This document shows positions 10,154 to 20,103 of a stretch of DNA of 34,140 bases, in pieces. The stretch comes from a virus. Lineage: Duplodnaviria; Caudoviricetes. A program made the position numbers and the translations under genes. Under the pieces are notes generated by a model. The model made no database searches, was not told the origin of the DNA, and saw nothing but the letters and a program-made list of their open reading frames with translations. Every line of letters begins with the position of its first letter. The first letter of the stretch is position 1. The stretch lies in the IMG/VR virus record IMGVR_UViG_3300017774_008308, positions 1-34,140 of that record. One strand, written 5' to 3'.

Positions 10154-11596
10154 ATGAATAATAGTTTTGCATACCTTCCTCCGGAGAAGAGGAAAAAAAT
10201 CCTTTTAATTTGCGATGATATCCGAGTTCATTCGGGAGTAGCAACAGTAGCACGAGAAATAGTAATACATACGTGCCAACATTTCAATTGGGTAAATATT
10301 GGTGGTTCTATTAATCACCCCGAAGTAGGAAAACGTTTAGATCTATCTCAATCAACCAATGAGACCAAGGGTATAACTGATTCCTCAGTTGTAATTTACC
10401 CGGCAAATGAATATGGTGGACCTGATATGCTACGTCAACTTATCCAAATTGAAAAACCGGACGCTATAATGTTAGTTACAGACCCTCGTTATTTTGTTTG
10501 GTTATTTTCAATGGAAAATGAAATTAGAAAAAATATTCCTATTACATATTTAAACATTTGGGATGATTATCCTGCACCTTATTATAATAAAGCATTTTAT
10601 GAATCATGTGATTTATTAATGGGGATTAGTAAACAAACTGTTAATATTAATAAACTTGTTTTAGGAGATAAAGCAAAAGATAAAATAATTAGATATGTTC
10701 CTCATGGTTTAAGTGAAAAAATATATTTCCCTATCCCCCAAAATCATGAACAATATCCTCAATTTACAGAGTTTAAAAATAACTTATTTCAAGGAAAAGA
10801 ATTTGACTTTGTATTATTTTTTAATTCAAGAAACATTAGAAGAAAACAAATTCCAGATACAATGTTAGCTTATAAATATTTTATTGATAAACTTCCAATA
10901 GAAAAAGCTAAAAAATGTGCTCTTGTACTTCATACTGAATTAGTATCAGATCATGGAACAGACCTTAAAGCTATTGAAGAATTATTTTTAAGTGAAGATC
11001 AATACAATGTTATTTTTACTAATAAAACAATGAATTCAACAGAAATGAATTTTTTATATAATTCATCTGATGCTCAAATTTTATTAACATCTAATGAAGG
11101 ATGGGGATTATCATTAACTGAAGCAATATTAGTTGGAAATCCAATTATTGCTAATGTAACAGGGGGAATGCAAGATCAAATGAAATTTGAAGATGAAGAA
11201 GGTAATTGGTTTACTCCATCCCCCGAAATTCCTTCTAATAATACTGGAAAATATAAAAAATGTGGAGAATGGGCCTTCCCAGTTTTCCCAAATAATCGAT
11301 CTATTCAAGGTTCTCCTCAAACCCCTTATATATGGGATGATAGATGTCGTCCCGAAGATGCTGCTGAACAAATATTAGCTGTTTATTCTTTAGATAAAAA
11401 AGAAAGAAAAGCTAAAGGTTTAAAAGGTAGAGAATGGGCCTTAAATGAAGCGGGACTTACATCACCTCTTCAAGGTCAAAGAGTTATTGAAGCCTTTGAT
11501 ACATTATTTAAAACTTGGAAACCAAGAGAAAAATATGAATTGATCAATGTTAATGAAGTAAAAGATAAAGTTATAAACCATAATTTGTTATATTAA
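10154..11596 (+). CDS. Glycosyltransferase, GT-B fold (GT4-like)
   Basis: HSGVA N-terminal loop, VPHG, RNIRRK, EGWGLSLTEA (E-x7-E), TGGMQD. Confidence 0.9.
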   Translation: MNNSFAYLPPEKRKKILLICDDIRVHSGVATVAREIVIHTCQHFNWVNIGGSINHPEVGKRLDLSQSTNETKGITDSSVVIYPANEYGGPDMLRQLIQIEKPDAIMLVTDPRYFVWLFSMENEIRKNIPITYLNIWDDYPAPYYNKAFYESCDLLMGISKQTVNINKLVLGDKAKDKIIRYVPHGLSEKIYFPIPQNHEQYPQFTEFKNNLFQGKEFDFVLFFNSRNIRRKQIPDTMLAYKYFIDKLPIEKAKKCALVLHTELVSDHGTDLKAIEELFLSEDQYNVIFTNKTMNSTEMNFLYNSSDAQILLTSNEGWGLSLTEAILVGNPIIANVTGGMQDQMKFEDEEGNWFTPSPEIPSNNTGKYKKCGEWAFPVFPNNRSIQGSPQTPYIWDDRCRPEDAAEQILAVYSLDKKERKAKGLKGREWALNEAGLTSPLQGQRVIEAFDTLFKTWKPREKYELINVNEVKDKVINHNLLY

Positions 11597-11597
11597 T

Positions 11598-12899
11598 ATG
11601 AAACCACTATTTATTATAAGTTCCCCTTTTGACACCTACAGTGGCTACGGTGCTCGTTCAAGAGATTTGATTAAAGCCATTATTAAAACAGATAAATATA
11701 CTGTAAGATTATTATCCCAGCGATGGGGTTCTACCCCATTTGGGTTTTGCCAAGACAACCTAGAGTGGACATCTTTATTAGATTTAGTTCTCCCAAATAA
11801 TCAAATACCTAAACAGCCTGAAATTTGGGCTCAAGTAACTATCCCTAGTGAGTTCCAACCTGTTGGAAAATATAATATTGGGTTTACAGCAGGTATAGAA
11901 ACAACTATAGCCCCAGCAGACTGGATTGAAGGATGTAACAGAATGAATCTTAATATTGTATCCTCAGAACATTCTAAAAACGTTTTTCATCAATCTCAGT
12001 TTGAAAAAAGAAATAAACAAACTAATGCTTTAGAAGGGACTATTAAACTAGAAAAACCAATTGAAGTATTATTTGAAGGTGTTAATACAGATGTATATAA
12101 AATATTAGAAAAAAATATTAATAAGAATATTGATTTAAGTTATATCAAGGAAGATTTCGCTTATTTATTTTTAGGACATTGGATTAATGGAGACTTAGGA
12201 GAAGATAGAAAAAATGTAGGTTTATTAATTAAAGCATTTTATGAAACTTTTAAAAATAAATCTAAAAAACCAGCATTAATTCTTAAAACTTCTCAAGTAG
12301 GTTCATCTTATGTAGATAGAGAAGAAATTTTAAAGAAAATTAAAGCGATTAAAAAAACAGTTAATTCTACAAACTTACCAAATGTTTATTTACTCCATGG
12401 GGATTTTACGGATGAAGAAATAAATGAATTATATAATAATTCTAAAGTAAAAGCTATGGTTAATTTAACTAAAGGTGAAGGATTTGGTAGACCATTACTT
12501 GAATTTACTTTAACTAAAAAACCATTAATTACTACAGCTTGGTCAGGTCATATAGATTTCCTTAACCCCGAATTTACTAGTTTAATTGGTGGTCAATTAA
12601 CTAATGTTCATCAAAGTGCGGCCAACCAATGGTTATTACCTGAATCTCAATGGTTTTCTGCTGATCATGGCCAGATAGGACATTTTTTAAAAGATGTATT
12701 TGAAAATTACAAAAATTATACAGATAAAGCTAAACGTCAATCTTTTAAAAGCAAAACAGAATTTAGTTGGGATAAAATGAAAGAAAAATTATGTAATATT
12801 TTAGATACATCCATTCCTGAATTCCCAAAAGAATTTGCATTAAAACTCCCAACTATTAAAAAAATCGAATTCCCTAAAAAAGAAATAATAAATGGATAA
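11598..12899 (+). CDS. Glycosyltransferase, GT-B fold (GT4-like)
   Basis: SGYG, DRKN, GEGFGRPLLE (E-x7-E), WSGHIDF. Confidence 0.9.
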   Translation: MKPLFIISSPFDTYSGYGARSRDLIKAIIKTDKYTVRLLSQRWGSTPFGFCQDNLEWTSLLDLVLPNNQIPKQPEIWAQVTIPSEFQPVGKYNIGFTAGIETTIAPADWIEGCNRMNLNIVSSEHSKNVFHQSQFEKRNKQTNALEGTIKLEKPIEVLFEGVNTDVYKILEKNINKNIDLSYIKEDFAYLFLGHWINGDLGEDRKNVGLLIKAFYETFKNKSKKPALILKTSQVGSSYVDREEILKKIKAIKKTVNSTNLPNVYLLHGDFTDEEINELYNNSKVKAMVNLTKGEGFGRPLLEFTLTKKPLITTAWSGHIDFLNPEFTSLIGGQLTNVHQSAANQWLLPESQWFSADHGQIGHFLKDVFENYKNYTDKAKRQSFKSKTEFSWDKMKEKLCNILDTSIPEFPKEFALKLPTIKKIEFPKKEIING

Positions 12900-13347
12900 T
12901 TTAATTAATTGCGCCCATTGTGATTCAGATGCGTGTTATGTAGAAGAAGTGAATCAAGATATAAAAACCTATTTTTGTTATGGGTGTGGTTTTCAAACTA
13001 ATTCATTAATGAAAAAAGGAGAACCATTTTTTGAAGAACAATCAAAAATTCTTCCTGAACTTTATAAAGATTTATTTTATGCTGATAAAGAGGGAAAAAT
13101 ATGGATGGCATCCTCAGTAAATTTACCCCAACAAGGAATGATATTTGCAAATGGACCTTCTAAAGAAGATTGGGGATGGGCTTCTGTAAAAGCTGTTCCT
13201 GTTTTAGAAGAAGAAAAAACAAAATACCCAATCCTAGGAAAACCAGATGAATATTATGAATGGAGAATGGATATGACTACATTAAAAATGTTTCCTAAGC
13301 GTGATTATATAGATGCTCTTTCGTATATTAACGTATTACCTGAATAA
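12892..13347 (+). CDS. Hypothetical protein with N-terminal zinc ribbon
   Basis: CAHC...CYGCG. Confidence 0.75.
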   Translation: MDNLINCAHCDSDACYVEEVNQDIKTYFCYGCGFQTNSLMKKGEPFFEEQSKILPELYKDLFYADKEGKIWMASSVNLPQQGMIFANGPSKEDWGWASVKAVPVLEEEKTKYPILGKPDEYYEWRMDMTTLKMFPKRDYIDALSYINVLPE

Positions 13348-13358
13348 ATTATATTATT

Positions 13359-13994
13359 ATGAAGATAAGTTATGGATTAACCGTGTGTAACGAACACGAA
13401 GAATTAAAAAATTTAATTGAATATTTATTTAAAAGAATTGATAGTGAAGATGAAATTATAGTAGTATACGATCAAAATAGAGTTACTCCTGAAGTATTAA
13501 AGGTTATAGAAGATTATAAAGAAGAAGCAACTTCTCATCCTTTTAATTTTCAACAAAATTTCCTAGAAAACAAAAACTTTATGAATAGCAAATGTACTGG
13601 AGATTATATATTCCAGATTGATGCCGATGAAATTCCTGAAAGTTTTTTGGTAGAAAATCTAAAATCAATTTTAGAAGATAATCCTATAGACTTATTAATT
13701 ACACCTCGTAAAAATTTAGTTGAAGGATTAACTCAGGAACATATCCAAAAATGGGGATGGAATGTAAATGAACAAGGTTGGGTTAATTGGCCTGATGCTC
13801 AAAAACGAGTTTATAAAAATACCTCAGAAATTAAATGGTCAGGTCACCAGGTGCATGGGATGGTTGAAGGTTATAAAACATTTGCAACCTTACCTTTTAC
13901 TGAAGAATGGAGTATTATCCATAACAAGACAATTGATCGTCAAGAAAATCAAAATGAACGTTATACTAAAATTGAAATAGGAGAATTAAAATGA
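13359..13994 (+). CDS. Glycosyltransferase family 2 (GT-A)
   Basis: TVCNE, EIIVVYD, GDYIFQIDADE (DxD), WPD, VHG. Confidence 0.9.
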   Translation: MKISYGLTVCNEHEELKNLIEYLFKRIDSEDEIIVVYDQNRVTPEVLKVIEDYKEEATSHPFNFQQNFLENKNFMNSKCTGDYIFQIDADEIPESFLVENLKSILEDNPIDLLITPRKNLVEGLTQEHIQKWGWNVNEQGWVNWPDAQKRVYKNTSEIKWSGHQVHGMVEGYKTFATLPFTEEWSIIHNKTIDRQENQNERYTKIEIGELK

Positions 13995-14392
13995 GAAAGT
14001 ACCTACCAACCCTTAGCGAATTAGTAGACAGATTGTCTATTGCCCAGCTTAAAGAAGTGTTTATTGTAGAACACAAAAATGAATACTCACAAGAAATTGC
14101 TGATATCGTTCATGATATCCAAGTATTACTTGATGAACAAAATGGTAAAATAACAGCAGATACAATTCGAGCAATTGTTGTTTTATCCCAAATGAATCTT
14201 CATATTTGGCATAATGAATCTAATTACCGTAAAGGTATTAAAGATGGTAATAATTTAGAATTAACACACGGTTTAAATGGTATCCGTAATGTAGCAAAAA
14301 ACCGTATTCAAGAAGTAGTAGGTGGCCGTAAAGATTATAAAATCGATTGTTTGGCTGCAGATTTTAAAGATTGGGAAATATCATGGGAATAG
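13991..14392 (+). CDS. Helical hypothetical protein of glycan loci
   Basis: SELVDRLSI...NLHIWHNE...NGIRNVAKNRI pattern, resembling DUF6165/DUF4254-type proteins from memory. Confidence 0.6.
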   Translation: MRKYLPTLSELVDRLSIAQLKEVFIVEHKNEYSQEIADIVHDIQVLLDEQNGKITADTIRAIVVLSQMNLHIWHNESNYRKGIKDGNNLELTHGLNGIRNVAKNRIQEVVGGRKDYKIDCLAADFKDWEISWE

Positions 14393-15105
14393 TAGAACGT
14401 ACTCGAAAAGAATCTAAACCTTTTTTATCAATAATTTTACCTAGTAGAAAAAGAGTAGAGATGTTAAATGAAACTCTTTATTCAATATATTCACTAGCTG
14501 ATTTAAACAATCCAAATTTTGAGGTTATAATTAAGGTTGATTTTGATGATCATGAAACATTAGATTATATAAAAAATTGGTCCAATGAATATGAAAATTT
14601 ACATTTTATTATAAATTCACGTAAAAAAGGATTTTTAAATTTAGTAGATTTCTTAGAAGACATGATAGACTTAGCTAAAGGAAAATATATTTTAGCAGCT
14701 AATGATGATATGATGTTTAAAACCCAAAATTGGAATACAATTTTAACTAAATGTCTGACTGATTTTAAAATTTATTTTCCTTACGTAAATGGTTATAGAG
14801 AATCTTTTTGGTGTATTCCTAAAGAATTATATACTGCTTTAGGGCATGTTGCTCCTCACAATCAAACTGATACTTATTTAAATTGGTTAGGCCAAGTATT
14901 AGGAATTGTAGAATACATAGATGATATTGAATTATATCATAAATTTGATTATGAAGATGAAACAGCATCCGATAAAGTTGATGTAATCGATATTAACTAT
15001 GCTAGTAGAGATTATCATAGAAATTCACCTGAATTTAAAGAAGATATAAAAATACTTCAAAAACTTTTAGGTATAGAAAACCTAAACCCAATAACAAAAA
15101 ATTAA
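14383..15105 (+). CDS. Glycosyltransferase family 2 (GT-A); start revised to ATG 14383
   Basis: SIILPSRKR, EVIIKVDFDD, AKGKYILAANDDM. Confidence 0.85.
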   Translation: MGIVERTRKESKPFLSIILPSRKRVEMLNETLYSIYSLADLNNPNFEVIIKVDFDDHETLDYIKNWSNEYENLHFIINSRKKGFLNLVDFLEDMIDLAKGKYILAANDDMMFKTQNWNTILTKCLTDFKIYFPYVNGYRESFWCIPKELYTALGHVAPHNQTDTYLNWLGQVLGIVEYIDDIELYHKFDYEDETASDKVDVIDINYASRDYHRNSPEFKEDIKILQKLLGIENLNPITKN

Positions 15106-15581
15106 TGATATTTCCTGAGATAAAAATATTCAAACCTGATGCTTTTGAAGATTATAGAGGTGAACTTTATACTCTATTTAAACAAGAAGAGCATAATCTA
15201 ATTTTTAATCATGATAAAGTTTCAATTTCAAGGCAAAACGTTTTGAGAGGAATGCATGGTGATTCTAAATCCTGGAAATACATTTCTTGCCTTTCAGGTG
15301 AAATATATTTAGTAGTTATAGATAATAGACCTAATTCTCCAAATTATTTAAAATGGGATGGGATAATGATTACATCAAAAAATAGAACATCAGTTCTAAT
15401 CCCTCCTAATTTTGCTAACGGACATTATATCCTAAGTCCAGAAGCAACACTTTTTTATAAATGGTCATACCCCGGTGATTATCCTGATGTTCAAGATCAA
15501 TTTACATTAAAATGGAATGACCCTAAAATAGGAATTGATTGGCCTACTTCAAATCCTATTTTATCTAAACGTGATTCCTAG
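15105..15581 (+). CDS. rmlC: RmlC-family NDP-4-keto-6-deoxy-sugar 3(,5)-epimerase, GDP-heptose epimerase-like
   Basis: DYRG, NVLRGMHGD, IPPNFANGH, YPGDYPDVQDQFT, WNDPKIGIDWP, PILSKRD. Confidence 0.9.
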   Translation: MIFPEIKIFKPDAFEDYRGELYTLFKQEEHNLIFNHDKVSISRQNVLRGMHGDSKSWKYISCLSGEIYLVVIDNRPNSPNYLKWDGIMITSKNRTSVLIPPNFANGHYILSPEATLFYKWSYPGDYPDVQDQFTLKWNDPKIGIDWPTSNPILSKRDS

Positions 15582-15620
15582 AGAAAAAATTATTATATTA
15601 ACATCAAAAATAGAATAAAA

Positions 15621-16181
15621 ATGAAAAAAGCACTTATTATTACTTGGGAACGATTCCAAGATCATGAATTGGTTTACCCTTATTACTCATTAAAAGAAAA
15701 TGGATTTGAAGTAACTTTGATGGCCAATAAAATTGGTAGAATTTATGGTGATATGGGATGCCATATGCCTTGTGATGTTCTTACCTCAGATATGGAAAAC
15801 GAAGAAATTCGTAAACAATATCTAAATGAATATAATGTTATTTTAATTCCCGGAGGTGTTAAATCTCTAGAAAAATTAAGACAAGAACAAGGTGTTCTTA
15901 AATTTATCCAAGAATGGAATGCTGCAGGTAAAACTATCTTCTCAATTTGTAATGGAGCTCAGTTATTAATTTCAGCTAAAATTCTTCAAGGTAGAACTAT
16001 CTCAGGTTATTATTCAATTGATGTTGATGTTGAAAATGCTGGAGCAACTTATAGTAGAGGCCCAGTTGTTGTAGATGATAATATTATCTCAACTCCACAT
16101 TATGATTTTATGGGAGAATGGATGAGAACATGCATAGAAGTATATGATCAAAGAAGTTACAACCTAGAAACTATTATCTAA
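15621..16181 (+). CDS. DJ-1/PfpI family protein
   Basis: FQDHELVYP, ILIPGG, nucleophile elbow ICNGAQLL, VVVDDNIIS. Confidence 0.92.
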   Translation: MKKALIITWERFQDHELVYPYYSLKENGFEVTLMANKIGRIYGDMGCHMPCDVLTSDMENEEIRKQYLNEYNVILIPGGVKSLEKLRQEQGVLKFIQEWNAAGKTIFSICNGAQLLISAKILQGRTISGYYSIDVDVENAGATYSRGPVVVDDNIISTPHYDFMGEWMRTCIEVYDQRSYNLETII

Positions 16182-16861
16182 TGAAGAAAGATAATTATGA
16201 TGTTAATGTAGTTAAAAAACCATGGGGTTATGAATACCTAGCTTATGAAAATGAACACGTAGCTCTGTGGTTTCTTCACATTAAGCATACTCATGCTACA
16301 TCTTTACATTGCCATCCTAAAAAAACTACAGGATTAGTATTACTAGATGGTAAAGCTGAAGTATCATTTTTTAATAATACTAATGTTTTATTACCCGGAG
16401 ATAAAGTAATGATTAGAAAAGGTTTGTTTCATAGTACAAAAGCAACTACTGAAAAAGGAGCATTTGTGTTTGAAATTGAAACCCCCGTTGATAAACAAGA
16501 TTTAGTTAGATTTAGAGACAGTTATGGAAGAGAAGGTAAACCATATGAGGATAGCACCCACGAAATTCCTAAAACAGAAGATTGTCTTCTTATTTCTAAC
16601 CCAGAATTAAATCAAACAAATGAGTATGTTTTTTCAAATTGTACTCTAACTGTTAAAAGTATTACAGATATTTCTGAGTTTTTAAATATTGATGATTCAC
16701 TTAATGTTATGTTTTTAAAAGGTGGACTACAGGCTGATTACGGTCAAAATGTAGCTGGTTCTGGAGATGTTGTAATAGCAAGTACTATTAAACAACTTAC
16801 AGAAGTATTTAATAAAGTTGATTCTGAAACAATTATAATGATTATAAAAAATAATGGCTAA
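16181..16861 (+). CDS. Cupin-domain protein (mannose-6-phosphate isomerase C-terminal-like)
   Basis: KPWGYE, SLHCHPKK, GLFHS, EIETP, DLVRFRDSYGR. Confidence 0.8.
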   Translation: MKKDNYDVNVVKKPWGYEYLAYENEHVALWFLHIKHTHATSLHCHPKKTTGLVLLDGKAEVSFFNNTNVLLPGDKVMIRKGLFHSTKATTEKGAFVFEIETPVDKQDLVRFRDSYGREGKPYEDSTHEIPKTEDCLLISNPELNQTNEYVFSNCTLTVKSITDISEFLNIDDSLNVMFLKGGLQADYGQNVAGSGDVVIASTIKQLTEVFNKVDSETIIMIIKNNG

Positions 16862-17240
16862 TTTTTACCCCCCCGGATTTGAATCCGAAAAAAAGAATTT
16901 AGCTATCGATTTCGATGGTGTAATTCACAATGCTGATAAAGGTTGGCATGATGGAACTTGTTATGGAGACCCACTCCCAGGTTCATTAGAAGCATTACTT
17001 AACTTATCTGAAAAATATAATATTGTTATATTTACCGCTAAAGCAAAACCTGATAGACCTCTTGTAGATGGTAAAACAGGAGTTACTCACGTTTTAGAAT
17101 GGTTAAAAAAATATAATGTAGCTCACTATGTAGATTCGGTAACATCCGAAAAACCACGAGCAGATTTATACATAGACGATAATGGTTATCGTTTTGAAAA
17201 TTGGGAAGACACATTAAATTTTATAAAAAGTTATGAATAA
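16854..17240 (+). CDS. Minimal (capless) HAD-superfamily phosphatase
   Basis: AIDFDGVI (motif I), IFTAK (II), KP (III), YIDD (IV); 128 aa. Confidence 0.88.
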   Translation: MANFYPPGFESEKKNLAIDFDGVIHNADKGWHDGTCYGDPLPGSLEALLNLSEKYNIVIFTAKAKPDRPLVDGKTGVTHVLEWLKKYNVAHYVDSVTSEKPRADLYIDDNGYRFENWEDTLNFIKSYE

Positions 17241-18066
17241 TTTTAGATTAAAAGCCTTTAATAAGGCCTCTTTTTGCAGACATTTTGAAAATCAGGTTTA
17301 TAAAGCATCTCAAGATAAACATATTAAATTTCCATTTTACCTTTCAGCGGGTCAAGAATATATCCCCGCATCAATTTATACTTTATTAGAAGAAAAAGGT
17401 ATTGATCCTAATGTTTTTATTCAACATAGAGGCCATTCTCATTATCTTTGTAAAGGAGCGGATCCAATTCAACTAATTGATGAGTTATTAGGACGAAAAA
17501 CGGGATGTGCTAAAGGAATGGGAGGTTCAGCTTCAATCCATTCAATTAAAAAAAATATTTTTGGTCATGATGGTTTAATGGGTAGTCAAGTTCCTATCGC
17601 TGTTGGCCATGCTTATGAAACTCGTAAACCCACAGTTGTAGTAATGGGAGATGCCTCCGCGGAAGAAGATTATGTGTTAGGAGCATTAGGTTGGGCTTCA
17701 ACTAAAAATTTACCTATTTTATTTATTGTTGAAGATAATAATTTATCTATTTTAACAGAAAAAAGAGTAAGACGTAATTGGGAAATGGAGGATATTGCTA
17801 AAGCATTCAAATTGAAAGCTTTTAATATAGATGATAATCCATTAACTATTCAAAAGTATTTAGAAGATTATGATTTTTCATACCCTATGCTTTTAAATAT
17901 TAATACTCATAGAAAATATTGGCACTCAGGAGCTGGACAGGATGGGAATGAATTTGATCGTTATAAAAACGAATTAAAATCATTAGGGGATGAAGGTAAA
18001 AAAATTGATGAAGAAAATAAGTTATTTATAGAAAAATTATGGCAACAACAGTTAGAGATACAATAA
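17233..18066 (+). CDS. TPP-dependent dehydrogenase E1 alpha-like subunit
   Basis: LSAGQE, HRGH, GMGGSASIH, TPP motif GDA-x24-EDNN. Confidence 0.92.
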   Translation: MNNFRLKAFNKASFCRHFENQVYKASQDKHIKFPFYLSAGQEYIPASIYTLLEEKGIDPNVFIQHRGHSHYLCKGADPIQLIDELLGRKTGCAKGMGGSASIHSIKKNIFGHDGLMGSQVPIAVGHAYETRKPTVVVMGDASAEEDYVLGALGWASTKNLPILFIVEDNNLSILTEKRVRRNWEMEDIAKAFKLKAFNIDDNPLTIQKYLEDYDFSYPMLLNINTHRKYWHSGAGQDGNEFDRYKNELKSLGDEGKKIDEENKLFIEKLWQQQLEIQ

Positions 18067-18950
18067 AAGAAATCACTCGTAAACACCTTTCAGAAGGTAA
18101 AGGTAAATGTTACGGACAATGTTTAACAGCCGTAGGTTGGGTTGGTGGAACTCTACCTGAAATGTATGAAGAAGATGGTATGGTTGAATTTTCAATGGCA
18201 GATGTTTCTAATGGATCAATAGCTACAGGTATTGCTTTAGCAGGAGGTAGACCTATTTATGTAGTTCGTTATCAAGGATTTCAATGGTATAATTTAGTTT
18301 CAATAGTTAATTATGCTGCTAAATCTAAAGAATTATGGAACCGCCCTTGTCCTATATTTGTAAGAAGTATAGCAATGGAAGGTGGAGTAGGACCCGTAGC
18401 GGGTTCATCTCACCACTCATTAGCTCACAGAATGCCAGGTATTAAAGTTATTTCTCCTATGACCCCCGGTGAATATGAATATGCTTATGAGTGTTTTATG
18501 AATGAGGATGAACCTTATTATGTTTCTGAACATAGAAAATCATATGATAATGCTGAAGAATTAGAAAATATTATTTTACCAACAGCAGATTTCACCATTT
18601 TCCCTATTTCTATTACTAGATTGGAAATGAAAAAATTAGTTGATTTAGCTAAACAAGAAAATATTATTTTAAACATAATTCATCAATTATGGATCAAACC
18701 ATTTATTGTTGAAGATAGTTGGAAAATTGCTTTAGATAATTCTAAATTTGGTGGACTAGTAACAGATGATGATTATGTAGAAGGTACAGCAAGTAGTATA
18801 GCTAATGAATTAAGTTTGGCTACTGGAAAAAAAGTATGGACATTAGGCCTAGAACCTCGTACAGCTGGATTCCACCCAACAGTAGATAATTTACCCCCTA
18901 GTGCTGAACAGATTATAAAAAAATTAAAACAAATTAAATATGGGATATAG
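18039..18950 (+). CDS. TPP-dependent dehydrogenase E1 beta-like (transketolase pyrimidine-binding/C-terminal) subunit
   Basis: GIALAGGRPI, IVNYAAK, CPIFVR, MPGIKVISPMTP, LPPSAEQI; overlaps the alpha subunit. Confidence 0.9.
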   Translation: MATTVRDTIKEITRKHLSEGKGKCYGQCLTAVGWVGGTLPEMYEEDGMVEFSMADVSNGSIATGIALAGGRPIYVVRYQGFQWYNLVSIVNYAAKSKELWNRPCPIFVRSIAMEGGVGPVAGSSHHSLAHRMPGIKVISPMTPGEYEYAYECFMNEDEPYYVSEHRKSYDNAEELENIILPTADFTIFPISITRLEMKKLVDLAKQENIILNIIHQLWIKPFIVEDSWKIALDNSKFGGLVTDDDYVEGTASSIANELSLATGKKVWTLGLEPRTAGFHPTVDNLPPSAEQIIKKLKQIKYGI

Positions 18951-20103
18951 TTGGCCTCTTATTAATGATAATATCACTCAAAGTGATAGAGAAATTTTAG
19001 CAGACTTTTGTTTAAATGGTGAACGTTTTACAAATGGTCCTAAAGTAAAAGAATTTGAAAAAATTTGGTCTGAATGGTTAGGAGTTAAACACTCAGTAAT
19101 GGTTAACTCAGGAGCATCTGCTAATTTTATTTCTATAGCAATGGTTAAAGAATTAGTTGGTATTGGTGAAGTTATTGTCCCTCCAATTGGTTGGGTTTCA
19201 GATATATCATCCGTAGCTCAGTTAGGTATGACTCCTGTATTTGTAGATGTTTCAATAAATGATTTTAATATCACTTTTGAAAACATAAAAAATGCAGTTA
19301 CCCCAAATACAAAAGCTATTGTATTAGTTCATACTTTAGGGTTTAATGGTATAAGTGATGAGCTTATTCAATTTGCTAAGGAACGTAATATAATTTTAAT
19401 TGAAGATTGTTGTGAAGCTCATGGAGCTACTTATAAAGATAAAAAAGTAGGTTCATTTGGTGATATTTCATTATTTTCATTTTATTTTGGACATCATATT
19501 ACTACTATTGAAGGTGGTACTGTTTGTGTAAATAATGATAAATTATATGATTTAGCTAAGTTATTCCGTTCACACGGTATGACTAGAGAGGCATCACAAG
19601 AATTACAACGTGATTATCAATTAATGTACCCTGATTTAAATCCATTGTTTACATTCGCGGTAGCTGGGTTTAATATGCGAAGCAGCGAATTAAACGCCGT
19701 CCTTGGTATTGAACAGATGAAACGCATTGATAACAATATAAAACGTAGAACAGAAAATTTACATATTTGGTTAAATAATCTTGATTCTAATAAATTCATT
19801 ACAGGTTTTAAAACATCTGGGAGTAGTAATTTTGCTTTACCTCTAGTAATGCAAGGAAGTACTCGTAATAAACTTAAAGATGTTTGTAATGTTTTAGAAA
19901 ATGAAGGAGTTGAATATCGTTTAGGTACTGCGGGTGGTGGTAATCAAGCACGTCAACCTTATCTTAAAAAATTCACTCACAGAATAAGTGGAGTATTAGC
20001 TCAAGCTGATTATATTCACGATAATGCTCTTTATGTTGGTAATCATATTGATTTAACTAAAGAACAAATTATTAATCTTTGTAAAAAATTAAATAATGTT
20101 TAA
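18940..20103 (+). CDS. DegT/DnrJ-fold PLP enzyme, ColD-type GDP-4-keto-6-deoxy-sugar 3-dehydratase
   Basis: VNSGASAN, IEDCCEAHGA, SFYFGHHITTIEGG (His in place of the Schiff-base Lys), RSHGMTR, GFNMR; no Fe-S Cys cluster. Confidence 0.85.
   Translation: MGYSWPLINDNITQSDREILADFCLNGERFTNGPKVKEFEKIWSEWLGVKHSVMVNSGASANFISIAMVKELVGIGEVIVPPIGWVSDISSVAQLGMTPVFVDVSINDFNITFENIKNAVTPNTKAIVLVHTLGFNGISDELIQFAKERNIILIEDCCEAHGATYKDKKVGSFGDISLFSFYFGHHITTIEGGTVCVNNDKLYDLAKLFRSHGMTREASQELQRDYQLMYPDLNPLFTFAVAGFNMRSSELNAVLGIEQMKRIDNNIKRRTENLHIWLNNLDSNKFITGFKTSGSSNFALPLVMQGSTRNKLKDVCNVLENEGVEYRLGTAGGGNQARQPYLKKFTHRISGVLAQADYIHDNALYVGNHIDLTKEQIINLCKKLNNV

Noticed and set aside
15570-15601. Possible seventh host-type promoter (CGTG-N20-TATATTAA)
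   Set aside because: Both boxes deviate and the TTCG is missing; too weak to call
17233-18950. Pyruvate dehydrogenase as an energy-metabolism auxiliary gene
   Set aside because: No E2/E3 in the window, short divergent subunits, and coupling to NDP-sugar enzymes make sugar branching more plausible
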